64,000 nucleotides of DNA from an uncultured Candidatus Saccharibacteria bacterium (lineage in GTDB: Bacteria > Patescibacteriota > Minisyncoccia > Minisyncoccales > GWA2-38-27). Location: assembly GCA_964394985.1 (NCBI GenBank), contig CAYMZK010000001.1, positions 63,957-127,956 of the forward strand, read 5' to 3'. The notes beneath the pieces were generated by a model that was not told the DNA's origin, searched no databases, and saw only the letters and a program-made list of their open reading frames with translations. The position numbers were made by a program, and so were the translations under genes. Shown here piece after piece: positions 29,687-39,450 of the stretch. Numbering within the stretch: the stretch's first letter is position 1; each line of letters begins with the position of its first letter.

Positions 29687-30201
29687 ATACTTTGGTGTTT
29701 GATTAACGGTACGTAAGATTCTTGTGGGTGATTGAGATGTCCATATCTTCCGTCATATTTTCTCACTGTTCCAAAATTCTTCCAGAAAGATACCTGCCCA
29801 ATGATCATTCCTGGGTATAATTTAATTGGTATTGCGGCAACAATTTCCAATGTCCATTTATGCTCGGAAGTCGTATGACCAAGATTGGCTGATGCCTGCA
29901 AAAATAAACCGTATCTACCCATAGAGCTTCTTCCGATTAGAGACATAGCATATTTTGAACTGCCAATCACTTCTTTGGTGGTAGCCAGGTACATTTTTCT
30001 TGGTTCCAAAACATACCCATCTTCGGGCATTTTTACTTCCTTAAATAGAGCTTTTTTACCATCAAACCCATTAAAGACCTTAATAGTTGAATCGAGTCGG
30101 TAATTGTAACTATTTGGATTAACCTGATTTTGGGAAAACGGCTCAATAACAATATTTCTAGAATTAATCTCTTCTTTGATTTTACTTCCGGTTAAAATCA
30201 T
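29683..30201 (-). CDS. dcd: dCTP deaminase-like protein A
   Basis: QVNPNSY, GRSSMGRYG, WTLEI, LYPGMIIGQ, YDGRY. Confidence 0.8.
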   Translation of the reverse strand: MILTGSKIKEEINSRNIVIEPFSQNQVNPNSYNYRLDSTIKVFNGFDGKKALFKEVKMPEDGYVLEPRKMYLATTKEVIGSSKYAMSLIGRSSMGRYGLFLQASANLGHTTSEHKWTLEIVAAIPIKLYPGMIIGQVSFWKNFGTVRKYDGRYGHLNHPQESYVPLIKHQSI

Positions 30202-30203
30202 AA

Positions 30204-31028
30204 TTAAAATAATTCAACAAATCTGTTGGGATATACATTTTTTCTATACCTTAAAACCAAGACGCTATACATCTGATATGGACGCAGATCATTCGACATT
30301 TTTTTGACTTCATAAAGTCTGTTATACATGGTTTTATAAACATCCTTGTCTTCAATTTTTAACATCTTACATGCACGGTCTATTGTACTTTTACAGTAAT
30401 AATGAAGCTCATCCTCTGTTTCTTGAACTAGATCATTTCGCTCTTCGAATACAACCTCAAGCTTGTTGTACAATTTCATAATCTCTTTGTATGGAACGGA
30501 TGTCGGTGTAATTTCAAATACTTTTTGTGCTATCTTGATCAATGCTTCTGGCATCGGTTTTGTCACATAAAAAGGCGATGCTAAAATATAACCACCATCG
30601 GTCAGCATACTTATGCATTTTTCTAGCATTTTTACAGGATCAGGAAAGAATCCAAGTGATGCCCCAACCACTATATGAGTAAATTGTTTTTTTGTTTCGA
30701 ATTTGTAGCCGTCCGCAACTTTATAGGAAAGATTTATATTAGGAGCATATTTTTCTTTATTATAATTAGCCATTTTTACAGACTTTACCGAAAGGTCAAA
30801 ACCTTCTCCCTTACACCCTGAAAGCAATGCCAGCTCTCGCGAAGAAAAACCAGTAGTACAGGCTATTTCTAATAAATTAGATTTTTTATTCAGATCGGAA
30901 AAGCGAGCCCATTTTGAAAGAGTGACGTACGATCCAGGCAAGACATTCCATTGATTAATTAAACCGACAAAATCCGTGTAAGAAAGATTTTTGATGTAAT
31001 CTGGTGTAATCGATGATTCTTTTTTCAT
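30204..31028 (-). CDS. Class I SAM-dependent methyltransferase
   Basis: LLEIACTTG motif I; GFDLS; VADG; LTDGG. Confidence 0.8.
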   Translation of the reverse strand: MKKESSITPDYIKNLSYTDFVGLINQWNVLPGSYVTLSKWARFSDLNKKSNLLEIACTTGFSSRELALLSGCKGEGFDLSVKSVKMANYNKEKYAPNINLSYKVADGYKFETKKQFTHIVVGASLGFFPDPVKMLEKCISMLTDGGYILASPFYVTKPMPEALIKIAQKVFEITPTSVPYKEIMKLYNKLEVVFEERNDLVQETEDELHYYCKSTIDRACKMLKIEDKDVYKTMYNRLYEVKKMSNDLRPYQMYSVLVLRYRKNVYPNRFVELF

Positions 31029-31040
31029 AATTTTATTAAA

Positions 31041-32279
31041 TTATAATTTGTATACCGGTGGTATTGGTTGAATAAAATTCTGTGCCAGAGAATATGTGAG
31101 TGCACCTTAATTTGGCACAACGATAAAATCACTCTCCCTTATTTTTTTAGAGTAGCAACCATAACCCCAGATATCCCAAGTCGTGCATAGATTGCCCCAC
31201 ATATTACACCCGATTTCTTTTTTTGAAGGGTTAGATATGTTAACCAGCGGAAAGTATTCATATTCAAAACGTTGCCAGCCCACCATATTTACTCCACCAT
31301 CTAGAACCACATTGTTATCATCTTTCCTATCTGCAACTGATAAAACTACAAACATAGAATCATTACAAATAATTCTTCCTGGTTCTGAGTAATACGTGGT
31401 ATCTAAAATCGGGCTTAAATAGGTTCGAATTGCCGTGCCTATCCTTTTTGCATATGCTTCAATCTTTATAGCATTACGGACCAGATAATCATGTCCTTGT
31501 TTAGTTTTTTTTATGATGCCCTCCGATTCGTAGACTTCGAATCCTCCTCCAAAATCAATATACTTAATCTTTCTCAGATCGTCCGTTTTAATCTTATTCT
31601 TAAGATAGATACCAAGCTCTTTGATAGTATTCTCGTAAAAAGAAGCGTCCTTATTTCTCGACATATGAAAATGTATTCCGCTGAGATCGATAAAAGGATA
31701 TTTTTTGGCTCTTTCCCAGAACTTTTTTAGATTTGTTATATGAATGCCATATTTTTTCCAGTCTCCAGATAAATCCGTATGCACTCTGATTCCTGCTTTG
31801 ATCTTGTTTTTAAGATGATTGGTTAATCTACCAAGTTTATCCAACTCACTAAAACTATCCATATTGATGGTAATGACTGATGAGTATTTTAGGGCATGCT
31901 TTAAATCATCCTCTGTTTTACCAGGACTAAAATACAAGATATCCTTACATCCAGCCTCAATGGCCATATCTATCTCTCTAGGACTACCAACATCCAAACC
32001 AAGACCTTTTTCTACGACATATTTAATGATGAAAGGATGATGATTAATCTTCATGGCGTAATAAGCATTGAATGAGGGTAATTCTTTTTTGAAAGAATTT
32101 AAAAACAAGTCGGTGGAATCATTAAGAGTTTTTTCGTCAAAAACGTAGAAAGGGGTCTTATATTTATTGGTCAGATTTAAAATGCCTCTTTTATTTTTGA
32201 GGACGCAACTGACTACATGATAAAGTTTATTTTCTTTATTGGACAGTATTTTATTTGATTTTATGCCGGTATTTTTCAT
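31041..32279 (-). pseudogene. LysA/Orn-DAP-Arg decarboxylase-family PLP enzyme with an in-frame TAA near its C-terminus
   Basis: TPFYVFD, YAMKIN, GIHFH, DFGGGF, EPGR, GNLC motifs; TAA at 31107-31109 followed in frame by GALTYSLAQNFIQPIPPVYKL*. Confidence 0.75.
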
Positions 32280-32297
32280 ATGTCGTTTAGTAGTCAG

Positions 32298-33305
32298 CTA
32301 TACTACAGCTTTTTTGAAAGTTATTCGTTTTTCTTTTGTGTTAATTTCGGCAATTCCTCCATTTGGTATAGTTATCAAAGGATCAGAATGTCCAAAATCT
32401 ACGTTATAAAACACTGGAAACTTAGCGTCAGAAAAATACTCTTTAAACATATCTTTCAGAGAATCCTCTGGCGAGAAACTGGATTGTTCGGTAAATCTCC
32501 CCACAACTAAACCTGCGATTTTATCGAACCACCCGAGCTGCTTGCATTGACAAAGAAACCTATCAATATGAGATGGCGTACTTGTTTCATCCTCTTCAAT
32601 AAAAAGGATTTTACTCGTCATATCGGGTAAATACTGAGTTCCTTGTAAAATCAATAAAGTTTGAAGGTTGCCAACAACCACCTCACCGATCGCATCCCCC
32701 TGATTAAATACCTTTATACCCTGGTTAGCTTTTTTAATGCGATGATCATTGTCTTTTCTTAAGAAATAAAGGTCGTCAGCGTATTCTTTAGATGGTTCAA
32801 TCGTTATGTCTTCTCGAGGCTCAATACACATTTTTTCAAAATAATCCCATGTGTAATCGAATGGTTCTGGTTTTGCGAAAGAAATAACCCCGGGTCCGGA
32901 GAATGTGATCAATCCCGTTTTAGTTGTAATGGCGGTTGTTAATGCTGTCACATCAGAATAACCAATAAAAATTTTTGGATTCTTCTTGATTAGTTCATAA
33001 TCTAATTGATCAAGAAGTTGATTGGTATTAAAACCACCCCAGAAAGCCATAATACATCCTATGTCATCTCTCTTTGCGAAATTATGAATATCCTCAATTC
33101 TAAAAGAGGCTGTTCCGGCTGTATGTTTTTGTGTGAGCAGTTTTACGGAACGACCTTCGACAATTGAAAATCCTTTACTTTTTAAATACTCATAACCTCT
33201 TTTAATAGTATTTTCGGGACACACGCCAGCGACAGGATCAGCCGGAGCAATAATGCCCATCGATTTATTTTTATCAAGCCTTGGAGGTAATATTTTTTTC
33301 ATCAT
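32298..33305 (-). CDS. S66 peptidase (LD-carboxypeptidase / MccF-like)
   Basis: IIAPA, FIGYSDVT (catalytic Ser), GNL, LFIEE, DFGHSDP. Confidence 0.88.
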   Translation of the reverse strand: MMKKILPPRLDKNKSMGIIAPADPVAGVCPENTIKRGYEYLKSKGFSIVEGRSVKLLTQKHTAGTASFRIEDIHNFAKRDDIGCIMAFWGGFNTNQLLDQLDYELIKKNPKIFIGYSDVTALTTAITTKTGLITFSGPGVISFAKPEPFDYTWDYFEKMCIEPREDITIEPSKEYADDLYFLRKDNDHRIKKANQGIKVFNQGDAIGEVVVGNLQTLLILQGTQYLPDMTSKILFIEEDETSTPSHIDRFLCQCKQLGWFDKIAGLVVGRFTEQSSFSPEDSLKDMFKEYFSDAKFPVFYNVDFGHSDPLITIPNGGIAEINTKEKRITFKKAVV

Positions 33306-33536
33306 ATTTTTAATTCACTAATTCATTAATTAAAATATATAGTGCTACATAATTTATAATTAGACGCATTAACCCTATTAGTCATAAAACACATTTTCGT
33401 TTGCTTTTTTCTGTTCTGTGTTTTTCAGCATAAAACTTATTATTTTAGAATACCATTATTAGACAAAAAATCAACTTTTATTTACAAAAAAGCCCATTCT
33501 TTGATGATATAAAAATGGGCTATAATTTTTAGAGAT

Positions 33537-33848
33537 TTATTTTACTTCAATTATCGGTTCCGTATTTATTGGATAGCAGTAGCTAAGTTTAATTTCCACG
33601 TATTCGCCTTCAAGATTTTTTGCTTTCGCTATAACTATTGTCGTGCTACTACTAACCCACACATCTTGATCACGGTTACTTTTTGTCTCTTTATTGATAA
33701 TTTCTATGTCAGTATATCCTTTTTCTTGAAGAGTTTTTATTACATTGGGCTCATCTGGAATACTAGCCACGAAAGAAACAATAAAAAACACAAAGATAAT
33801 CAAAATAATCACACCAGATAATACTTTACGCATAATCATCCCTTTCAA
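33537..33848 (-). CDS. Small membrane-anchored hypothetical protein
   Basis: N-terminal TM helix; promoter module upstream; terminator at about 33488..33521. Confidence 0.55.
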   Translation of the reverse strand: MKGMIMRKVLSGVIILIIFVFFIVSFVASIPDEPNVIKTLQEKGYTDIEIINKETKSNRDQDVWVSSSTTIVIAKAKNLEGEYVEIKLSYCYPINTEPIIEVK

Positions 33849-33859
33849 TTATTAAATTG

Positions 33860-34041
33860 TTAAAACTGAGAAATCTCAGCACTGTCTGCACTATAGCAAT
33901 AATTATCTCAAAAGTCAAATTTCTGTACTAGTCCATATGATATGATACACCAAAAGACCCTTGAAAAACATAAAGACCGACGCATCGAAGACCATCTTCG
34001 ACACATAGTTCAGTTAAATGTATGAAGGTTCAACCTTCATA
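33860..34041 (-). repeat. 182-bp exact duplicated promoter module (copy 1)
   Basis: Identical to 53688..53869; contains TTGACT-17-TATAGT; ends in palindrome tatgaaggttcaaccttcata. Confidence 0.92.
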
Positions 34042-34130
34042 CTAAAAATAGTCCCATGGATCGGTCAATCGAACAAAATCAGATGTGTAATATCTATCTG
34101 AACCTAGTTCTGAATCTAGACACCCCTCGT

Positions 34131-34160
34131 TAGGTTGCTCGGCCAAGCCGAGCAACCTAG
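34131..34160. repeat. REP-like palindrome
   Basis: taggttgctcggc-caa-gccgagcaaccta; same core as 822..846. Confidence 0.7.
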
Positions 34161-34315
34161 TTACAAACGTAAGAAACTAACTAAGTGTATCATACGTATC
34201 TGAACCTAGACATTACTTTCTTGTGGTTATGCTAAAAATTTGCCATAATAGCTAGTATAAATATCTTCTTAAAAAGAGCGATCGTTTTACTAATTAAGCG
34301 GTCTGAAAAGTATTA

Positions 34316-35458
34316 TTATCGTAAGATCGCATTTAAGTCCTTTTTTGTTTTCTCGCGGATTCTATCCTGAATTTTATTGATTTCCTCGCTAGTCAAAGTC
34401 CTTTCAAATGAACGGTACATAATCCGAAATGTATAAGATTTTTTATTTTTACCAAATTTATTTTCATCCTCATATTCGTCCAGCAACTTTACTTCTTCAA
34501 TTAAGTTGTCGGCAAAATCTCTTACAATTTCGTAATAATTGTTTATATTTATATCTTTATCGATTATAAAAGAAATATCTCTTGACGTTACAGGGTATTT
34601 ACTAACTTCTTCATACTTGCTATTGATGTCTTTAAACTGTTTGGTTATCCGCGGATCGTCCGACCATAAAATTCTTATATCAGGAATGCCCATTTTTATC
34701 ATGGCTAATCTGTCGCCAAACCCAAAGGCCCAGCCGTTGTAAATTTTTGGATCTAATCCAAAATTTTTAAGACATTGGGGGTGCACAAGACCAGCTCCAT
34801 TTACTTCCATCCATTCACCGTTAAATTTAATATCCATTTCTAGGCTTTCGGTTGTATAGGGGAATTTGTCAGGAATAAATTTCCATTCAATATCGGGACC
34901 AAAAATTCCTTTTGCTAGTTTAACCTGTACGTCTTTTAAATCTTCTTGTGTAATTGTTTTTTTTGACTTTTCACATATTAATAAACCATCAATTTGATGA
35001 AAAGCTGGGTAATGATTTCTATCAATTTCATCTTTTCTAAAAACAATCCCATAGGATAACGCTTTTATTTCTCCGTCCTTTTTTAATCTTTCTAAAACTT
35101 CTGAGTCTTTCAAATAAAAAGACCAAAAAGCTGTTGTGTGTGTACGCAAAAGATGAATATCATCTAAATAATAGGTATCTGTCTCTCGTCTAGCAGAATG
35201 GTTTTTTGGCATATTCAAAAGATCAAAACATTCCTCAATAGTTACAATTTTAGGAAAGTCAACAAGATCAAAATCTTTAAACATCGGTAGGTTTATTATT
35301 TGATCAAATAAAATTTTTACAGGAGATTTTTCTTTTTTTGTTAAGTCTGGAAGTGCTAAAAATCTCTTGATGCGCTCTGCCTTAACATCTTTTCTTTTAT
35401 TCAACTCTTCTAGCAAAAGCTTTTTATTCTTATTTTTTATTATAATTTTTCTATTCAT
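34316..35458 (-). CDS. Monomeric (mitochondrial-type architecture) phenylalanine-tRNA ligase
   Basis: FDLLNMPKNHSARRETDTYY, LRTHTT, VFRKDEIDRNHYPAFHQID, FPYT, GWAFGFG; C-terminal FDX-ACB (RDISF...YRSFERTLT). Confidence 0.85.
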   Translation of the reverse strand: MNRKIIIKNKNKKLLLEELNKRKDVKAERIKRFLALPDLTKKEKSPVKILFDQIINLPMFKDFDLVDFPKIVTIEECFDLLNMPKNHSARRETDTYYLDDIHLLRTHTTAFWSFYLKDSEVLERLKKDGEIKALSYGIVFRKDEIDRNHYPAFHQIDGLLICEKSKKTITQEDLKDVQVKLAKGIFGPDIEWKFIPDKFPYTTESLEMDIKFNGEWMEVNGAGLVHPQCLKNFGLDPKIYNGWAFGFGDRLAMIKMGIPDIRILWSDDPRITKQFKDINSKYEEVSKYPVTSRDISFIIDKDININNYYEIVRDFADNLIEEVKLLDEYEDENKFGKNKKSYTFRIMYRSFERTLTSEEINKIQDRIREKTKKDLNAILR

Positions 35459-35776
35459 GAATTTTTATTTATAATTTTATTTGAAAATCATTTTTCTTTT
35501 ATCCTTGTCACAACAAAAATATTAACGTTAAACACGGTACATTCAACTTATGAGTGCAACGCTTGGCATTAATGCATTAATATTAACACGACTATTGATA
35601 AGTTTCAATTCTTTTCTTTCCACTACAACCTCCCATGCTTTTTCTTTTGCCCACTAATTACCCGCCAAAAGGGGACGGCCAAAGGGGGACGCATCACTTT
35701 TAAACGGGGTTTTAGGCTTTTTGTATTTTTCCCTTAATTTTTCGGTTCAACTTCCCTACCTTCGTATTTTTAATTT

Positions 35777-36364
35777 TTAATTTGATTTAAATATTTCTTC
35801 TCCTTTTTTTAATTGAACCTCCAATTCAAAAACTATCTCACTCTTTAATCTTTCTTTCAAAACCTTAAATACATTTTTGTGAAACTCCATTCTTTGCTCA
35901 ATAGAAGAATTAAATTTATTGAAAGCCGACAATCCCCTTTCTTTATACGCTTCAATCATGGAATTTATATTATGTATTTTATCCGCCGCACAAACCATTA
36001 AAGATTCTTGACTGTCAGTTTTTAATCTTTCAACGTAATTATTCTTTCTATCTTTCCAAGACTCTTTTTCATCTTTATTTTCATTATTTGGATCATTTTC
36101 TTCTGAAACTCCTTTCACTATTTCTGTTATCTTCTCTCCAAAATCCCTAATCATATCTGATTCATAATAATTAGGAACATCTTCCAAGACATCGTGAAGC
36201 AAAGCACCAATAATAACATCTTCATCGTCAGTGTAATTAGACACAATCATAGCCACTGAATAAGGATGAACAATAAAAGGAACATCCCCTTCTTTTCTTT
36301 CCTGATCTTTATGTAAGACAGCAGCTTTAATTATCGCTTTTTGAATATTTTTTGTTAATTTCAT
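35777..36364 (-). CDS. HD-domain (p)ppGpp hydrolase-like protein (small alarmone hydrolase type)
   Basis: HKDQERK, PFIVHP, ALLHDVLED, ADKIHN. Confidence 0.85.
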   Translation of the reverse strand: MKLTKNIQKAIIKAAVLHKDQERKEGDVPFIVHPYSVAMIVSNYTDDEDVIIGALLHDVLEDVPNYYESDMIRDFGEKITEIVKGVSEENDPNNENKDEKESWKDRKNNYVERLKTDSQESLMVCAADKIHNINSMIEAYKERGLSAFNKFNSSIEQRMEFHKNVFKVLKERLKSEIVFELEVQLKKGEEIFKSN

Positions 36365-36384
36365 ATATTTATTTTTTTACTTTA

Positions 36385-36675
36385 TTATTCTTTGGGTAAT
36401 TTTTCACAAGCCCTGTAAAGGCAAGAATGACTATTATCGTAAACTCTAACATCGTAAGTTCCGCCTTCAATCCATTCTTCTTGAGTTTTTGATAAAGGAT
36501 TAAAAGCCCAAAATAATCTATCCGCCATAGCAACAACAGTTTCATAACTATCATATGGGTATGGCCCTCCAGTTAGCCAGGCATACCTCCATTCTTCCCC
36601 ATAAACATCGGCAAAATGATAATTAACAAGAAACATGTCTATAATAGCTATTTTATATGTTTTTTTCTTTTTCAT
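36385..36675 (-). CDS. Hypothetical protein
   Basis: ATG start directly upstream of the HD gene; protein-like composition. Confidence 0.55.
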   Translation of the reverse strand: MKKKKTYKIAIIDMFLVNYHFADVYGEEWRYAWLTGGPYPYDSYETVVAMADRLFWAFNPLSKTQEEWIEGGTYDVRVYDNSHSCLYRACEKLPKE

Positions 36676-37160
36676 ATATTTAATTTATTATTTATTATTT
36701 ATAATTCGACCTTAAATAAAAAAAGTGACCAGAAGATTACACCCAAGAATTATACCTCTTGAGGGGTGAAATCTTCCAATCACTTTATGATTAGTCGCTT
36801 ATTTCATATGGTTAACCACAGATTTCCTAGTTTGCCTATCCGCCAAGGCGGAAGAAATAAACGGTTTGTCTTAATTATGCGCACAAACGAACGCTATTCA
36901 ATTATTAATTTTCTAAAAAATCTCTTCTCTATTATCTATATTTCTATTATAGCACAAAATTTCCGAAACTCCAAATCCAATAAAAAACATGAAAATTAAA
37001 CTTTTATAACTGCCATGGATTTATTACCTCATCTTGTTTGGCGAAATCAGTATTAAGGAAATGTGAAACATCTCTTGGATCTTTTCTCTTTCCTCAACCG
37101 TTAAATGTATATATTTCATAGCACCTTGATAATACATTATTATGTATCATTTAATCAAAG

Positions 37161-37187
37161 TGTTGCACTTCGGAGTAGAATGTACCT
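37161..37187. mobile_element. Solo IS30-type terminal repeat
   Basis: tgttgcacttcggagtagaatgtacct, 26/27 identical to 25967..25993. Confidence 0.7.
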
Positions 37188-37438
37188 TTTCCCACTTAAC
37201 AGGTGTTCGTTATTTATATACACTGAGTATGTAGAAGAAATTCCACTAATCACGCGGTCCCGCCCTTGGCGGGATTTTCTTTTTTAATTAGGTGTTAGAC
37301 GTCCAGCGTCTAACACTTCGTCTACAATTTGGCTCGCTTAGCGAGACAAAGTATAATTCCTTGACTAGAAGTGAAGTGTCCTCTTTTTATCCGACTTTTT
37401 TTATTTGATTTTATTATACTCTCGTATTATTATAAAGA

Positions 37439-38314
37439 ATGAACCATTTTAAAGGAGAAAATTGTGGTTTGGAAGAAACAATACAAACATTAAAGAAAAA
37501 AGGTTTCAGTATTGGTATTATAATTCCTACCTATAATGAAGAGAAAACTATAAGTAAAATTATTTTTACTTTTTTATCTTCAGAATTAGTCAGCAATGTG
37601 TATATAATTGATGATGGTAGTCATGATAATACAATTATGAGAGCTAGGTCGGCCGGAGCGATAACATTTAATAGAAAAAGGGGAGGTGAGCCGAAATACA
37701 GAAAATATAATGGGAAGGGATTTGCTATTTGGGAAGCCTTGGCGCTTGCGAAGGAAGACATTCTTATTGTCTATGATGGTGACATACAAAACCCCGATAT
37801 AAATCATATAATTGAATTAACTTTCCCCTTGATAAATAATCCAAACATAATTTTAACCAAGGCAAGTTTTGACAGAAATTTATATTTACAAAATCATTCA
37901 TTAAAAAGAGAAGGAGGAAGGATAACAGAACTTCTCGTAAAACCTTTATTGGGTTTTCTATTCCCCGAATTAATACTATTTGAACAACCAACTGGAGGAA
38001 TTTACGGAATAAAGAAAGAGCGGTTGTTAGAAATTGAAATTCTTGGAGAAACGGGAGCAGATATTTCAATACTTATAAATTTATATAAGAAAAATGGTTT
38101 AAGTAGTTTATGTGAAGTATATCTTGGAGAAATAATACATAATAATAAAGACCTTAAAAACTTATCTAAAATAACATTCAAACTAATCCAATCTATATTT
38201 TTTCTATATAATAATAAAATTAGTGATTTTGAAAAATATTCATATCTTTCATTTGGTAAGAAAATGGATGTTAATTCCCCATTAATAATTCTAAAACCGA
38301 GAAATTTTAAATAA
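37439..38314 (+). CDS. GT2 glycosyltransferase, glucosyl-3-phosphoglycerate synthase-like
   Basis: IIPTYNEE, DDGSHD, GKGFAIW, DGD, GGRITELLVKPLL, QPTGG. Confidence 0.75.
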   Translation: MNHFKGENCGLEETIQTLKKKGFSIGIIIPTYNEEKTISKIIFTFLSSELVSNVYIIDDGSHDNTIMRARSAGAITFNRKRGGEPKYRKYNGKGFAIWEALALAKEDILIVYDGDIQNPDINHIIELTFPLINNPNIILTKASFDRNLYLQNHSLKREGGRITELLVKPLLGFLFPELILFEQPTGGIYGIKKERLLEIEILGETGADISILINLYKKNGLSSLCEVYLGEIIHNNKDLKNLSKITFKLIQSIFFLYNNKISDFEKYSYLSFGKKMDVNSPLIILKPRNFK

Positions 38315-38321
38315 TTAAAAT

Positions 38322-38744
38322 ATGTATAAACACACTGATGTCTCTAAAATAATAATTTACAATAACAGCAAGGAGTTTTTATTACAATTAAGGGATAATA
38401 ATCCGAACATTGAATTCCCCCTTCATTGGAATCTTTTGGGTGGTGTTATTGAGGAAAATGAAGATCCAAAAAAAACTATTGTCAGAGAATTAAAAGAAGA
38501 ATTAGGAATCAAGGTTGAAAATATTAATTTATTTAAAGTATATGAAAGTAATGGTATAAAACAATATATTTATTTTTTAAATATGGAATTAGATCCTAAT
38601 AAGATTGATTTAAAAGAAGGGCTATCATTAAAATGGTTTAATGTTTTAGAAATAGACGGTCTAAAAATAGGATTTAATTACTATCAGATATTAAAGGAGT
38701 TTCAGAATGATAACGGGAATAATTTTAGCGGCAGGTCAGAGTAA
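38322..38744 (+). CDS. NUDIX hydrolase
   Basis: LLQLRD; GGVIEENEDPKKTIVRELKEELG Nudix box. Confidence 0.88.
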   Translation: MYKHTDVSKIIIYNNSKEFLLQLRDNNPNIEFPLHWNLLGGVIEENEDPKKTIVRELKEELGIKVENINLFKVYESNGIKQYIYFLNMELDPNKIDLKEGLSLKWFNVLEIDGLKIGFNYYQILKEFQNDNGNNFSGRSE

Positions 38745-39396
38745 AAGATATGATTCAAAAAATAAGCATGGCAAGTGTTTCACCAGAATCAATGAAAGGC
38801 TTCTTATTAATTACCCTGTTTGCACATTAAAAAATATCGGCATTAGTCCTATAATAATTGGTGTCAATGCTAAAAGCGAATCGATTGCAAAGTCTGTTTT
38901 TCGCGGACTAAAGAATGTTGAAATAAGGATTAGCTCATCAAAAGGAACAGCTGGGTGTTTAAGGGATGTTCTCTCTCCAGAGATAACTAGAGGTATAGTT
39001 CTTTACGGTGACACTGTATACCTAGATTCTATTGCAGAGTTCGGAAAAACACTATCAATGATAAAAAGAGGTTGGGCAGTTATTGGTGTTCAACAAACCA
39101 ATAATCTTCAAAAATATATGGCTATAGTACAGACCGGTAAAGGATATGATCCAATAATAAAACCCCACTATTTAAAAAAGGGGCTGGCCTATATAGGATT
39201 ATTCGGCTTCAATGATCCTTTAATCTTAAACAAAATTTCTAATTTGATTTCCTCAAAAAGAAACGAATTGGAATTAACAGATCTGATTAAAAAATACGCA
39301 GAGTTAAACAGATTAAGACTAGGGTTTTATCGCTCTAAGTTTATAGATTGCAATACCAAAGAAAGAATTTCAGAACTTAAAGATCTTTTAAAATAG
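38707..39396 (+). CDS. Sugar-phosphate nucleotidyltransferase (RmlA-like)
   Basis: GIILAAGQSKR, LYGD, SKRNELELTD. Confidence 0.75.
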   Translation: MITGIILAAGQSKRYDSKNKHGKCFTRINERLLINYPVCTLKNIGISPIIIGVNAKSESIAKSVFRGLKNVEIRISSSKGTAGCLRDVLSPEITRGIVLYGDTVYLDSIAEFGKTLSMIKRGWAVIGVQQTNNLQKYMAIVQTGKGYDPIIKPHYLKKGLAYIGLFGFNDPLILNKISNLISSKRNELELTDLIKKYAELNRLRLGFYRSKFIDCNTKERISELKDLLK

Positions 39397-39413
39397 AAAA
39401 CTAATAGCACTTA

Positions 39414-39450
39414 TTAAAAACCCTTATACTATGATATAAGGGTTTTTTAA
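39414..39450. terminator. Bidirectional terminator
   Basis: aaaaaccctta...taagggttttt hairpin. Confidence 0.65.

Noticed and set aside
31107-31109. Alternative genetic code (stop reassignment)
   Set aside because: TAA, TAG and TGA all end intact genes elsewhere in the window; this looks like an isolated event
34096-34212. Possible integron attC site (gttaggt, aactaac, repeated tatctgaacctag)
   Set aside because: Core sites are in the wrong order and not complementary; no integrase in the window
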